Shown here piece by piece: positions 11,400 to 23,865 of a stretch of 64,000 bases of DNA. The stretch is taken from NCBI GenBank assembly GCA_038087875.1, contig CM075990.1:8372001-8436000 (forward strand), read 5' to 3'. This DNA is from Malacoraja senta (taxonomy: Eukaryota). The notes below the pieces were generated by a model. It was not told the origin of the DNA. It worked only from the letters and a program-made list of their open reading frames with translations, and searched no databases. A program made the translations under genes and the position numbers. Each line of letters opens with the position of its first letter. Within the stretch, counting starts at the first letter, position 1.

Positions 11400-13490
11400 A
11401 ATTATCAAGAAAGATAAAAACAGATTGTGAAGCTTCTGCAGGAGAATAAAGTGGAAGGGAAGAGCAGCTGGCCTGTCAGAACTGGAACAGGGTAATTAAT
11501 AATAGGAAATAAGAAAATGGCAGAGAAATTAAACAAATATTTGGAATCTGTCTTTGCAGAAAAAGATACTGAGAGCATGCAAAAAATGCTGGCTATTGTG
11601 GAATGAACGGGAGGGAGGAACGAAGCAATTTTTATCATTAGAGAGAGAGAAATAAAGAGAGAGAGAGAGAGATAGAGAGAGGGAGAGAGAGAGAGGAGGG
11701 GGAAGAGGAGGGAGAGAGATGGAGAGATTGGGAGAAAAATTATGATGTGAACTGATGGATGATAGATGGTCTGGACCTGATAGTCTATATGCTGGGAAAC
11801 TAAGAGAGATGGGTCTCGTGAGTCAGCGTACTGATTGTCATCATTTATCATTCCCTAGAATTTGGAAACAGCAAATGCAACATCAGTGAAATAAGGGAGA
11901 GAGAAAACTGCAGACTAATTAGCTGACATCAGTTGGCGTGAAGAAAGCTGGAATCCATTAAGGATAACCGAGCACTTAGAAACGTATCACACAATTAAGA
12001 AGACACAACATTTTATTATGAAAGGAAAATAATGTTTAAAAATTGATGAGGGTTCTTTGAGATGTAATAAGCATGATAATTAAGGAATGCCAGTTGATAC
12101 AGTGTCTTTGGAATTCTAAAGGCATTTGACAGAGTGATGCACAAGAGGTACACCTTAAATGGTAAGAGCTCACAGGGTAAAAGATAAAAGGTTGCTTTGG
12201 GAAAAAGAATGGTTATCAGACAGAGAGTAAACTATAGGAGAAATCAGGTCATTTCAGGTCCGCAATTCTCAGCAATTAATGCTGCATTATTGATTTAGAT
12301 GAAGCAACCAAGTGTATAATATCCAATTTCATTGAAGATACAAAAGTATTTTTGTTTAATTTTTAGTTCAGAGATCCAGCATGGGAACAGGCCCTTCGGC
12401 CCATTGATCACCCGCTCACACTAGCTTTATGTTATCCCACTTTAGTTTAGTTTATTGTCACGTGTACCAACCAGCGCGTGCTAACCAGTCAGCAGCAAAG
12501 CAATACATGATTAAAATCAAGCCACAGATACATGCGGCCAATTAACCCACAACCCACATATCTGGGGAATGTGGGAGGAAACTGGAGCACCTGAAGGAAA
12601 CCCACACGGTCACAGGGAGAACCACAGCACGGGTCAAACCCGGGTCTCTGGTGTTGTGAGGCAGCAGCTCTACCAGCTGTGCCACTGTGCCACATTTGTG
12701 AAAGTAATGTGAGGATATCATTGGAATTTAACTGAGTTAAAATGGGACGACTGAAACAGCAGATTGATCGTAATGAGGGAAAATGTAAGGTTATCCACTT
12801 TGGCAGAAGAATTGAAGAAGGGAGCATCATTTAAAAGGTGCCAGACTGTTCAATGTTGGTTTTCTGAGAGGTCTGAGCAATTTTGTGCAATAATCATTTC
12901 AGAGTAGAATGCAGAGGCATTAAGCATTCAAGAAGTCCAAAAGGGCTGGAACACAAGATTAAGGGTCTTAAAACAAGAGGGTGTTGTTTTAAAGTGAGTG
13001 ATATGAGATATAAATGGGATATTTTCTTTTTTTTGTTGCATTGAGAGTGGCTGACATCAGGAACATTTTACCAGAGAAGGTGATAGTATCAGAAGCCATA
13101 CCCGTGTTTAAGAGACAAGGATATTTAAAAAGGCAAGGCATTTAAGAGAATGGTTCTAACGCTGTAGGGCAAATGGGATTTGTGTAGATGGGTAAAATAG
13201 TGAGCATGGAACGACTGAAGAGCCTGTTTCTGTGATGCTTAACTCTATGACTCTAAGTTTTTGTGCAGCAATTAGGACTTTGGTGAGACAGCAAGGACAA
13301 TTTGTGCGATCTTACCAAAGTTCAGTAGTGCTCGGCATATCTAAGGAAGGATAACTTTTGCTTCAGAGATGATGAAGCAAAGGCTCACAAGGTTAACCCT
13401 TGGTATGAGGGAGTTGTTTTATGAGGAAACATTGCGCGGAATGGACCTGTGCACTCCATAGTTTATAAGAAGTGGTCTTCTTGAAACACA
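11400..13490 (+). mobile_element. Old, heavily decayed CR1 LINE ORF2, interrupted by a GA-rich tract and SINE/LINE tails
   Basis: Remnant motifs GNKKMAEKLNKYLESVF, KAFDRV, EDTK and KCKVIHFGR in order, with stops and frameshifts. Confidence 0.7.
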
Positions 13491-14475
13491 TATACCAATT
13501 CATTCATTGGTTCCATTTTTGGAGCATGAAATCATCCTTGCAGGGAGTGGGAGATGCTTTCTTAAATCTGTCCTTTGTACTCCATCAGAGGTCAAAATGG
13601 AATTGGTGAATGTAATAAGGCAGTCAGTCCAGTCAAGTTGAGTTTATTGTCATTTTCCACAAGTATGGTGAGGTACAGGACAGGTACATGGAAACCTTGC
13701 TTCCAACCACACCACAGGTACAAGCAATCAGAACATGCACAAAAACATCAATTATGCACAGTCACTCCAGCACTTTGCGAAGCTCGCAAGATTCCAGCAT
13801 CTGCAGTTCCTTGTGCCCATTCTGAAGTAGGGTCCTGACCTGAAACGTCACCTATCCATCAGCTGCAGAGATGCTGGCAGACCCACTGTGTTCCACCACC
13901 GCTTTGGGTTCCATGCAAGATTTCAGCATCTGCAGTTTGTTCATCATTGTCAGCAAAGTCTCAATGGGCTGAAAGGCCTGTTTCCGTGCTGTGTGACTCT
14001 GTGGCTATGGCTCATGAAACTGGATCTGTTTGTTGCTCCTTAGGTAAAAGTGCAGATGCCACGTGATGTGAAGCATGAGACAGTGTGATTTGCTGCCTAA
14101 TTCGGTGCTTAGAGATACTGAGTAGATGCCATGTTAATGCAGTAAAATAATTCATGTTGGATCAAAGTCCTTCATTTATTATTGAAGCTAATTAAGCATT
14201 ATTCTCATGTCAAACAGCTAATTGTTTCTCATTAATGCCATAGTCAGCACAAGCTTCGGTAAAAGACTCAGGGCATTTGGTATTTAGCCCCATCAGACTT
14301 GCTTCACCAGTCAATGTGATCAAGGTTGACTAGTGAACTTGTTCCACATGTCTGCATTTGCTCTATACTTTTTCGTTAACAAAAAAAACCTCACTATTAA
14401 AAGTTACACTACCGTGACACCAATTACCATTAGGATTGCGGATTCCATGCACACACAAACCAATTTATTCTTCGT

Positions 14476-15535
14476 TTTTGGTTTAGTTTAGAGATACAGA
14501 GCGGAAACAGGCCCTTCAGCCCACCGAGTCCACACCGACCAGTGATCCCCGCACATTCACACAACCCTGCACACACTGGGGACAATCAATATTTATACCA
14601 AGCCAATTAACCTACAAACAATCACAATCACAATCACAATCACGCTTTATTGGCCAAGTATGTTTTGCAGCATATGAGGAATTTCATTTGCCAAGTCAGT
14701 CCTTTGCCAAAAGCAACGGGACACACAAAACACATTTTAACATAAACATCCATCACAGTGACTCCTCCACATTCCTCACTGTGATGGAAGGCAAATAAAA
14801 GTTCAATCTCTTCCCTTTGCTCTCCTGTGGTCGGGGCCCTTGAGCCCTCCGATGATGGGATGATCTTGACTCCGCGTTGAAGCGATCAGTTCCTGCATCG
14901 GGGGGGGGGGGGGAGGATGTCAGCTCCCCCGGCGCCGGACGATCGAACCCCACGTCGGGGCTGGTCAACCTTCCACGATATGGGAGCTCCCAACATCCAT
15001 GGCCTCTCCCGAAACTGCGAGGTATCGATGTAAAGTGCGCAGGCCGCGGTTAGAATGATCCCAGGCAAGGGATCGACTCCGATGTAACTCCACGCCCCGC
15101 GATGGGGACCAAGGTCAGTCCGAGAAGGCCTCCAGCTCCACCGATGGTAGGCCGCAGAGTGACCGGAGAATGCGATCCGAAAATTAATCGCATCTCTGGC
15201 AAGGTAGGAAACTGAAAAAAAAGTTTCCCCCCACCCTTCCCCCTCCCCCCACAATAAAACAAACCAGAAAACATTTACATAAACTTATAACACACACTAA
15301 AAACTTTTTAAAAGGCAAAAAAACAAACAGACTGTTGGCGGGGCTGCCAAAACCTGTATGTCTTTGGAGATCTTTGGAAACCTGTATGTCTTTGGAAACC
15401 GAAGATCTCAGCTAAAATCCACGTGGTCGCGGGGAGAACGTACAGACTCCATACAGACAGCACCCCGTGTCAGGATCGAACCTGGGTCTCTGGTGCTGTA
15501 AGGCAGTAGCTCTACCGCCACGCAACTGTGCTGTC
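14476..15535 (-). mobile_element. HE1-like SINE split by an insertion at ~14618-15349
   Basis: SINE 3' half at 14476-14618; the 5' half resumes at AAACCTGTATGTCTTTGG. Confidence 0.8.
14618..15349 (-). mobile_element. ~730-bp non-coding retroposon (unclassified), copy 1
   Basis: On minus: begins TGGCAGCCCCGCCAACAGTCTG, ends AATAAA + (GATTGT)n; homologous to 20321-20988. Confidence 0.7.
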
Positions 15536-15779
15536 CCGTGTGACTGATACCTTGGCTTATCGGTTGTGTGATCTCCACACAGATGTTCACACTTAGAGTG
15601 TGAACCTTAGACTGTGGTTGTGCGATTACATCCACGTGTGTTGTTGTTCACACATGGAGTCACTGTTCACGGGACTGCAGTTGGTGATCTGTATACACTA
15701 GTCTCTGATCCTGATGAAATGGTGAAATCTCTGGTCATGTCAGGTGGTCAATGATGCAGCCTCAACAGACATTTCCAAC

Positions 15780-16275
15780 TGGAAAAGGGTGCAGAGAAGA
15801 TTTACAAGGATGTTGCCAGGACTAGTGGGCCTGACCACTAGTCGTGGGGAGAGGTTGAGCAAGCTAGGACTCCCTTTCTTGGAGCCCAGGAGGATGAGGG
15901 GTGATCTTATAGAGATGTACAAAATCATGAGATGAATAGATCGGGTAGATGCAGAATCTCTTGCCCAGAGTAGGGGAATCAAGAACTAGAGGGCATAGGT
16001 TTAAGGTGAGGGGGGGGGGGGAATTTAATAGGAACCTGAGGGGTAACTTTTTCACACAAAGGATGGTTGGTGTATGCAAAGAGCTGCCAGGGGAGGTAGT
16101 TGAGGAAGGTACTGGCACAACATTTAAGAAGCATTTACGGGTACATGGTTCGGACAGGTTTAGAGGGATATGGGACAAACGCAGGCAGGTGGGACTCGTG
16201 TAGATGGGACATGTTAGCCGTTATGAGCAAGTTGGGCCGAAGGGCCTGTTTCCACACTGTCAGGGTATATCACTC
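15780..16275 (+). mobile_element. CR1/HER1-type LINE 3' end
   Basis: RVQRRFTRMLPG...RRMRGDLIEMYKIM...FFTQRMVG; tail GGGCCGAAGGGCCTGTTTCC shared with the SINEs. Confidence 0.9.
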
Positions 16276-16974
16276 CTTTGCTGTATTAGAGAATATTCTG
16301 GCAATGTTGCAGTGTTCTCACCTCTCAGAGCCAGGTGCAGTGCTAAATGTGGAGCTTGATTCTTTTTATTGTGATTTCCCCATAGGTTATGAATAGATGC
16401 TCTATATGTGTATCTCTGTTATCACTTGATGGGATCCTTTGAAGCAACAGCATGTTGATAAATATGATAGGCCATAAGTTGACCGATATAAACTTTTTCT
16501 TTGTGTGGGGGTCTATTTCTGCCTTCAGTTGGTGGAGTAGGGAAGGAGGTGACCTGGTGGAGTAACAGGTGCCTCATCACATTATCATATCATTGATATC
16601 ATTGAGTCAGTAGGTCTGACAAACCACTGTCCAACAGTTGGAGCAACTCAGCGGGTCAGGCAGTATTTCTGCGGAAAGGGAATAGGTGGCGTTTTCGGGC
16701 CGAGACCCTTCTTCAGACCAGGTCCAGGTCTAAGAAATGTGGATGAACAATTATTCAATGTGGTTCATTAAAGAAATAATAATATTAACTTCCTAGGACA
16801 GTCTTAGTATCTGAAACATCAACCTAAGACAAGCAGAACAAGCAGCTAGGCTTAATTGTCTCCATTGACCAGACCTGTGTTTTCTCTCCCACAATAACCC
16901 ATCAACCTTGACTCTGGTTCTAGATTCACATTAAGGAAATGATTCACTAGTTAATCAGGAGGATTCAAGTGTTA

Positions 16975-17232
16975 GAGCCATAGAATCATACAGCATGGAA
17001 ACATGCCTTTAGGCCCAACTTGACCCCAAGCTGCCCCATCTACGTCCCATCTGTCTGCCTGCTATCTTTCCAAATGTTTCCTATCCATGGACATGTCCAG
17101 AAGTTTCGTTAGTGTTGCGATAGTCCCTGCCTCAACTGCATTCACTGGCAGCTCGTTCCAGATAGGCACCACCCTTTGTGTGAACAAATTGGCCATCATG
17201 TTCCTCTTAAATCTTTCCCTTCTCCTCACCTC
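16975..17232 (-). mobile_element. CR1 3' end
   Basis: LFTQRVVPIWNELP on minus, plus the tail. Confidence 0.8.
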
Positions 17233-17964
17233 ACCAGAGGAAGTTTCCAGCACCAAGCCCATATAGAGAAATATTGCTTTGGTGCACTATGGCCCAAGGT
17301 TGTATCACTTAGGACCCACACCAACCTTTAGGCCACTTGTGTTTATGCTCCAATTCAATGGCCATTGATGTAACACAGTTGTGAGACTCAACTCATAAAT
17401 AATGAGTTGGAAACGTTTAAACACTCAACTTGTGTTGAACGATTATTTTCATTGATGTTACTGGTGGAATGTTACCCTTAAATGTAGCAATGAAAGGCTA
17501 GAGATTATTAAAAAAGAAATCAACCCTGAGGAAATGGGAAATAGTACAAATGAAAACTGTTTTATAAGATGGTCTGGCAAATAAATCTTGAAAGGGTTCC
17601 CATTTAAATTAATAGAGCGAAGTATTCTTGCCTCATCAATGATTTAAAAAAAAAAACAGAACAAAATCCCATCTTGTGGTTTGGACAGTGTTGTTTTGGA
17701 GCTACCGTGTAATATTCTTCTGCGCATTTCAAATACACGTCCAATTTATAATCTATTTCGTACATCCCCATCCAGATTCCTGCTGAGTAGCTCAACATAA
17801 CCTATGAGTTTCTGCCAACAAATTGTAAATGCTACTCAAATAAGTTTGTCGGTCATGGAGAAGATGATATTGTGATTGCAAACCACCAATTCTTCTAATT
17901 GAATTTAATCTCTCTTCGCCCTTCAGCTTCTTTTTCATCCCTGACACATCTGGAACATTGAAAT

Positions 17965-18580
17965 AGAACACCAAATGCTGGAGTAACTCGGCAGGTCAGG
18001 CAGCATCACTGGAGAATTGGAATAGGTGACGTTTCGGCTCGGAACCCTTCTTCAGATCTCCCTCCCTCGTCAGTAGACAAAAGTGCTGGAGAAACTCAGC
18101 GGGTGCAGCAGCATCTATGGAGCGAAGGAAATAGGCAACGTTTCGGGCCGAAACCCTTGGTTGCCTATTTCCTTCGCTCCATAGATGCTGCTGCACCTGC
18201 TGAGTTTCTCCAGCACTTTTGTCTACCTTCGATTTTCCAGCATCTGCAGTTCCTTCTGAAATCCCTCCCTTGTCATCCTGCTAGTTCCACTGTTTGTATC
18301 CTCTATCCCTCCCATCAGCTCATCTTCCCCAGCCAACAATGGGCCTTTATGGACTCCACCCTTCCTGAGGTCATCTGTTGCCGGCACTGATTTGTTCTTG
18401 CCTTTTCTCACTTCCAGTTTCCTCCTCCCCTCCCCCAGCTCCCCCACCTCTATCTTTCCGTCTGAAGAAGCGTTTCGGCCCGAAACATCGCGTATTCCTT
18501 TTGTCCAGGATGCTGCCTGATCTGCTGTTACTCCAGCTTTTTATGCCTATCTTCAGAATGAACCAAAATCTGCAGTTGCT
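17965..18580. mobile_element. Cluster of Penelope-derived 3' UTR/hammerhead repeats, including a near-perfect hairpin at 18073-18226
   Basis: Hammerhead cores at ~18027-18055 (-) and 18462-18486 (+); inverted arms of ~66 bp. Confidence 0.75.
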
Positions 18581-18582
18581 CA

Positions 18583-18860
18583 GTTAGTTTAGTTTAGAGA
18601 TACAGCGTGGAAACAGGCCCTTCGGTCCACCGAGTCCGCGCCGACCAGCGACCCCCGCACACTAATACTATCCTACAAACACTTGGGACAACATACATTG
18701 ATACCAAGCCAATTAACCTACAAACCTGTACATCTTTGGAGTGTGGGAGAAAACCCACGCAGATCACTGGGGAGAACGCACAAACTCTGTACAGACAAGC
18801 ACCTGTAGTCAGGATCGAACCCGGGTCTCTGGCGCAGTAAGGCAGTAGCTCTACTGCCAC
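18583..18860 (-). mobile_element. HE1-like SINE
   Basis: Nearly full-length match to the family. Confidence 0.9.
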
Positions 18861-18967
18861 TGTACTGCCTTTCCTATACATTGAAATAGAACAGTACAGC
18901 ACAGCAACAGGTCCTTCAGCTCACAATATCTGCGCCGAACATTATGCTAAATTAAATGAATCATCCC

Positions 18968-19170
18968 AATGACCACGTGGGTTTTCTCCAAGATCCTCTG
19001 TTTTGTCCCACACTCCAAAGACGTACAGGATTGTAGGTTAATTAGCTTGGTGTAAGTGTAAAGTGTCCCTAGTGTGTGCAGGATAGTGTCACTGTGCGGA
19101 GATCGCTGGTCGGCGCGGACTCGGTGGACCGAAGGGCCTGTTTCCACGCTGTATCTCTAAACGAAACTAC
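18968..19170 (+). mobile_element. HE1-like SINE, 3' two-thirds
   Basis: Core plus CTGTATCTCTAAAC tail. Confidence 0.88.
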
Positions 19171-19379
19171 ACTTGGGACTCAAGTGGAGGTGTGCATGGA
19201 AGTAGGATCTGTGTTCATATACTGTACATATGTGTGTTGCTATAAATGAAAGCAATCAGATACATATCTTTACTGTGGGACCATGGAGATTTGGGATCGA
19301 GCAGTGATTTCTTGAGTGGGGAGGGAGGGGGAGGGGGAGGGGTGGGGTGAGTGAGCAGGTAACCCTGCAATGGAAGTGA

Positions 19380-19600
19380 CCGAAGATAAACACAAAATGC
19401 TGGAGTAACTCAGCGGGACAGGCAGCATCTCTGGAGAGAAGGAATGGGTAACGTTTTGGGTCGGGACCCTTCTTCAGACAGTCTCGACCCAAAGTGTCAC
19501 CCATTCCTTCTCTCCAGAGATGTTGCCTGTCCCGCTGAGTTACTCCAGTATTTTGTGTCTATCTTCGGTTTAAACCAGCACCTGCAGTTCCTTCCTCCAC
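19380..19600. mobile_element. Penelope-derived hammerhead-motif repeat, inverted pair
   Basis: Long reverse-complementary arms around CCCTTCTTCAGACAGTCTCGACCC. Confidence 0.8.
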
Positions 19601-20320
19601 AATGGAAGGGACAGACCGATTGAACTTATTCTGGCCAGTTTTGAAATGGAGTTGAGAGATATAATCAGTTAAAAGCTGTCGAAACTACCCTTTTGAAATT
19701 CTCCTGATATTCACATGCACATCTAATGCCTGCTGCTTTAACATACATTCATCTGTTAATTTAAAGCCAGTTCCTACATTATAATTGCAAGTAAGAAATG
19801 ATGCCTGATGTAGTAAATATTAATAATCATGCAGCTTAATTTCATGGCCGTAACATCCACCTGTCCCTCAGAGCTTCTCTCTGAGCAGTAGGATCTTATA
19901 GCTTGTTTTCTTTAACAGACCGCTTGTATTTATTTAATTACTAGGTCACCAAAGAGCTTGAGAGTTCAGGAAATTTCCTGCTCGATAATTTATTCCAAGT
20001 CCTTTCTGTCACTGGGATACTTTTCTCTTTGGCTGTGGGACGAGAGTGGAGGCAGAGAGCACAATAAATTAATTGCTATTTTAATTACGGTTAAATGCAT
20101 TGGTCCTGTGGTAGCGAGAACAGCTTGTGGACAACTTGACTCCTCCTAATGAGCTCTGCGCTCCTTCAGTTCACCACTCATTGCACATATAGTAATGGAG
20201 TTTTGCTTCTCATTTATAATACCCTGTTAAATAAGGGAGCCAAGCATGAACGATATGATCCACAACAGCTGCATCAAGCTTAGGACGGATGTCATAGAAA
20301 AATAGAAAATAGGTGCAGGT

Positions 20321-20988
20321 GGCGCCGACGATGGCTGCCTCGCCAACGGTCTGTCTCGTCTTTTTCCTTCTTTGTTGTTTTTAGTTTGTTGTAAAATGCA
20401 TGCTTTAGTGTACTTTTAGTTTTGTATTATGTTGGGGGGAGGGTAGGGGAAACATTTTTAATGTCTTTCCTCGCCGGAGATGCGACTTTTTCTGTATCGT
20501 ACCTCCGTCCGCACTATGGCCTAACATCGTGGAGCTGGCGGCCTCTTGCTGGGGACCGACTTCGGGAGCTCCAACTGCGGGAGCCTGCAGGACTTAACAT
20601 CGCGGAGCTTATGATCCCTTTGCCAAGGATTGACCTCGTAGCTCCAATCACGGGAGCCTGCGGACTTTAACGTCGTGGAGGTCGTGGTTTCTGGTTAGGG
20701 ACTGGCTTCGGGAGCTCCAAGGCGCAGCGGCTTCAATCGCCCTGACGCGGGAACTTCGATCGCCCCACCTGTGGATGGCTCAACTTCCCCGACCACGGGA
20801 GAATAAAGAGGGAAGATTAGACTTTATTGCCTTCCATGACAGTGAGGAATGTGGAGGAGCTGCTGTGGTGGATGTTTATGTCAAATTTTACGTAGTTGTG
20901 TGTCTTGTTGCTTTTTTGGTATGACAGTATGGCAAACCTAATTCCTCGTATGTTGCAAAACATACTTGACTAATAAATTATGACTATG
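20321..20988 (+). mobile_element. ~670-bp non-coding retroposon (unclassified), copy 2, inserted in a CR1 tail
   Basis: Starts GGCGCCGACGATGGCTGCCTCGCCAAC, ends AATAAA-TTATGACTATGA; host GGTGCAGG/AGGAGTAGCCATTC resumes. Confidence 0.7.
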
Positions 20989-21821
20989 AGGAGTAGCCAT
21001 TCAGCCGTTTGAGCCAGCCCTGCCATTCAATATAATCATGGCTGATCATCCAAAATCTGTACCCCGTCAAGACCCTGGTGCGGATGCTGAGTCGTTCGAT
21101 AAGGTTAGAGAAACAAAATAAAGTATTTTGTACGATCAAGCAGACATAAAATATACGTCCTCTGGCAAGTCAGTCATTTAGCAGAGATCGGAGATTTGAA
21201 ATGGTTCGCATCAGAACTGGGAGGAAAGAGAGGAGGAATTTCTTTATAAATTGGTGGCTGTCTGGAAAGCAGTGCCTGAAGGATGGTGGAATCAAATCCA
21301 GAGAACATTTGAAAGGCAATTGAGCACGTACTTGCAAATAAAAACAGTTTTGAGAGAAAGATAAGTTCCAGCACTAAATTAGTAAACTCTTTCAAAGAAT
21401 CAGAATAAACCCCGCAGATTAAAGTGGATGGCTTTCAGGCTGTGATATTTTATGATTCCGTTTGTAATGAGTCTGACTAGAATAAGGAACAGCTTCTTCC
21501 GCTTTTTTATCAGACTTCTGAACAGTCCTTCCATAGGCTAGGGCACTGTCCCAATCCAACCTACCTCATTGCAGGCAATGGCTTCTGTCTCTGGAACTAT
21601 TATGCTACAATCACAGAGTTATATTCTGCAGACTGATTTATATGTGACTCCGGGGAGCTCATCTTTCCATTTTCTTTACCTATTATATTGAGATTGACTT
21701 GATTGTATTTATATATAGTCTTATCACAATTGCAAATGTGATGAGATAATGAAACACAGTTTCAAATAATAGGCAAGTTCAATGCTGGTGTTACAAAGTC
21801 CTCGAAGGCTGTGTTAAAACA

Positions 21822-22122
21822 GGGTGGCACGGTGGCGTGGCGGTAGAGCTGCTGCCTTACAGCGCCAGAGACCCGGGTTTGATCCTGACTACAGGTGCTT
21901 GTCTGTGCGGAGATTGTATGTTCTCCCCGTGACCTGCGTGGGTTTCCTCCGAGATCTTTGGTTTCCTCCCACACTCCAAAGACGTGCAGATTTGTAGGTT
22001 AATTGGCTTGGTGTAAATGTAAAATTGTGCCCAGTGTGTGCAGGATAGTGTTAATGTGCGGGGATCGCTGGTCGGTGGGATGAAGGGCCTGTTTCTGCGC
22101 TGTATCTCTAAACTTAACTAAA
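21822..22122 (+). mobile_element. HE1-like SINE, full length
   Basis: tRNA-like head with A/B boxes, core, CR1-derived tail. Confidence 0.9.
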
Positions 22123-22817
22123 AAAACAGTGCCACCATTAATTGTCCATCCCTAATTGCTCCTGAACTGAAGAGGCAATTAAGAATCAACCACATTGGTG
22201 TGTCTGGAATCAAATATGAATCAGACTGGGTAAAAGTGGCAGATTATGGTGAACCTTGTATACACGTCAGAGTTTCACGGCCACCATTACTGGTACTAAC
22301 TTAAACAAAAATGTCAGTATCCATGCGGAGTAAATCTCCTCCTACTCCACTCAACCACCACAATTCAGCGAGCTAAGATACAAGATGAAATAACTTCTGC
22401 AATAACCCATTAAACTCATTTATGGCAGGTGCACCTTCAGGATTCGTTACAGAATAACACTCCCTCTAGATAGACACTAAATGCTGCAATAACTCTGTAG
22501 GACAGGGAGCATCTCTGGATAGAAGGAATCTCTCCATAGATGCTGCCTGTCCCACTGAGTTACTCCAGCAATTTGTCTATTTTCGGTTTAAGCCAGCTTC
22601 TGCAGTATCTTCATACACAAAGCTCTCTCTAAATTAGATATAGAGTCATTTTTTCTCTCCAGTCAAAGATAGGAATGGTTGTAGCCCAGTCTGAAGCTAG
22701 TCTAATATGTCCATGTGACATATTTAGTTCTCATTCCTGTCATTTCACAGGCTTCCTGAGTTTTGAGGGACACGGATTCTCCGCTCTATTTTGTACAAGA
22801 GATCTTTGCAAGTTTTC

Positions 22818-23045
22818 TTTAGTTCTGTTTATTGTCACGTGCACAGAGGTACAGTGAAATGCCTTTTTGTTGCGTGGTGTCCAGTCGGTGGAAAGATTAT
22901 ACGTTGTTCATCGTTGTACATTGTTACAATCAAGCCGCCCACAGTGTACAGATACAGAATAAAGGGACAAATGTTTATTGCTAGATATAGTCCATAAAGG
23001 TCAAATCAAAGATAGTCCGAGAGTCTCCAATGAAATCGATTAGTG
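22818..23045 (-). mobile_element. Rex1/Babar-type 3' UTR fragment
   Basis: TTTATTGTCACGTGCACAGAGGTACAGTGAAA colinear with 985-1180. Confidence 0.7.
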
Positions 23046-23089
23046 ATAGGATGGCTGCAGAGTTTGGAAATGTCTTTGCTTTTTATAAA

Positions 23090-23381
23090 GGGGCAGCACA
23101 GCGGCACAGCGGTAAAGTTGCTGCCTTACAGCGCTAGAGACCCGGGTTCGTTCCTGACTTTGGGTGCTGTCTGTACGGAGTTTGTGCATTCTCCCCTTGA
23201 CTGTGTGGGTTTCTGGTGCTCTGGTTTCCTCCAAAGGCTTGCAGGGTTGTAGATTAATTGGCTTTGGCAAAGATTATATATTGTCGCTAGGGTAGCGCTA
23301 GTGTGCGAGGGATCGCTGGTCGGTGGGGACTCTGTGGGCCGAGGGGCCTGTTTCTGCGCTGTATCTCTAAAACTAAAACTT
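23090..23381 (+). mobile_element. HE1-like SINE, ~180 bp upstream of the exon
   Basis: Head, core and (CTAAAA) tail. Confidence 0.88.
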
Positions 23382-23561
23382 AATGTGGTCTGGAATCAAA
23401 TTGTGGTGAAGGGGAAGAGAGAAATGCAATGAAGGCAACAAAATGAAATGCAACGTAACGCAACTAATGCTGGCCACATCCTGATGGAGAACTGGCGATC
23501 ATGCATTTGATACTGATTGCATTCTTGGAGATGAATATTGTCCTTTTCTTTCTGCCACCAG

Positions 23562-23846
23562 CATGCGACCTGATGACTCAAGGGATCCTGGCGCTGGTGT
23601 CCTCCACTGGCTGCACCTCTGCCAGCGCTCTCCAGTCGCTCACGGACACCATGCACATTCCCCACCTCTTCGTCCAGCGCAGCAACGGGGCCACGCCGCG
23701 CACCGCCTGCCAGTTCGTCCAAAACCCCGACATTGAAGGCTACACGCTGCCCGCCAGGCCTCTCATCCGCATCGGCGACGTCATGCTCAGGCTGGTCAAC
23801 GAACTGCGGTGGCAGAAGTTCATCATTTTCTACGACAGCAACTATG
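23562..23846 (+). CDS. GRID1: Internal coding exon (equivalent to exon 3) of glutamate receptor ionotropic delta, GRID1-like, amino-terminal domain
   Basis: Encodes (A)[39 protein letters not shown]...[23 protein letters not shown](D); pyrimidine tract and CAG acceptor end at 23561; GTGAGT donor at 23847; 285 nt, phase 1/1. Symbol chosen by closer resemblance to GluD1 than GluD2. Confidence 0.92.
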
Positions 23847-23865
23847 GTGAGTGACTCCCACGGAA

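Noticed and set aside
23501..23561. ATG-initiated N-terminal extension of the GRID ORF ([11 protein letters not shown]...)
   Set aside because: Intronic pyrimidine tract upstream of the CAG acceptor; homology starts at 23562
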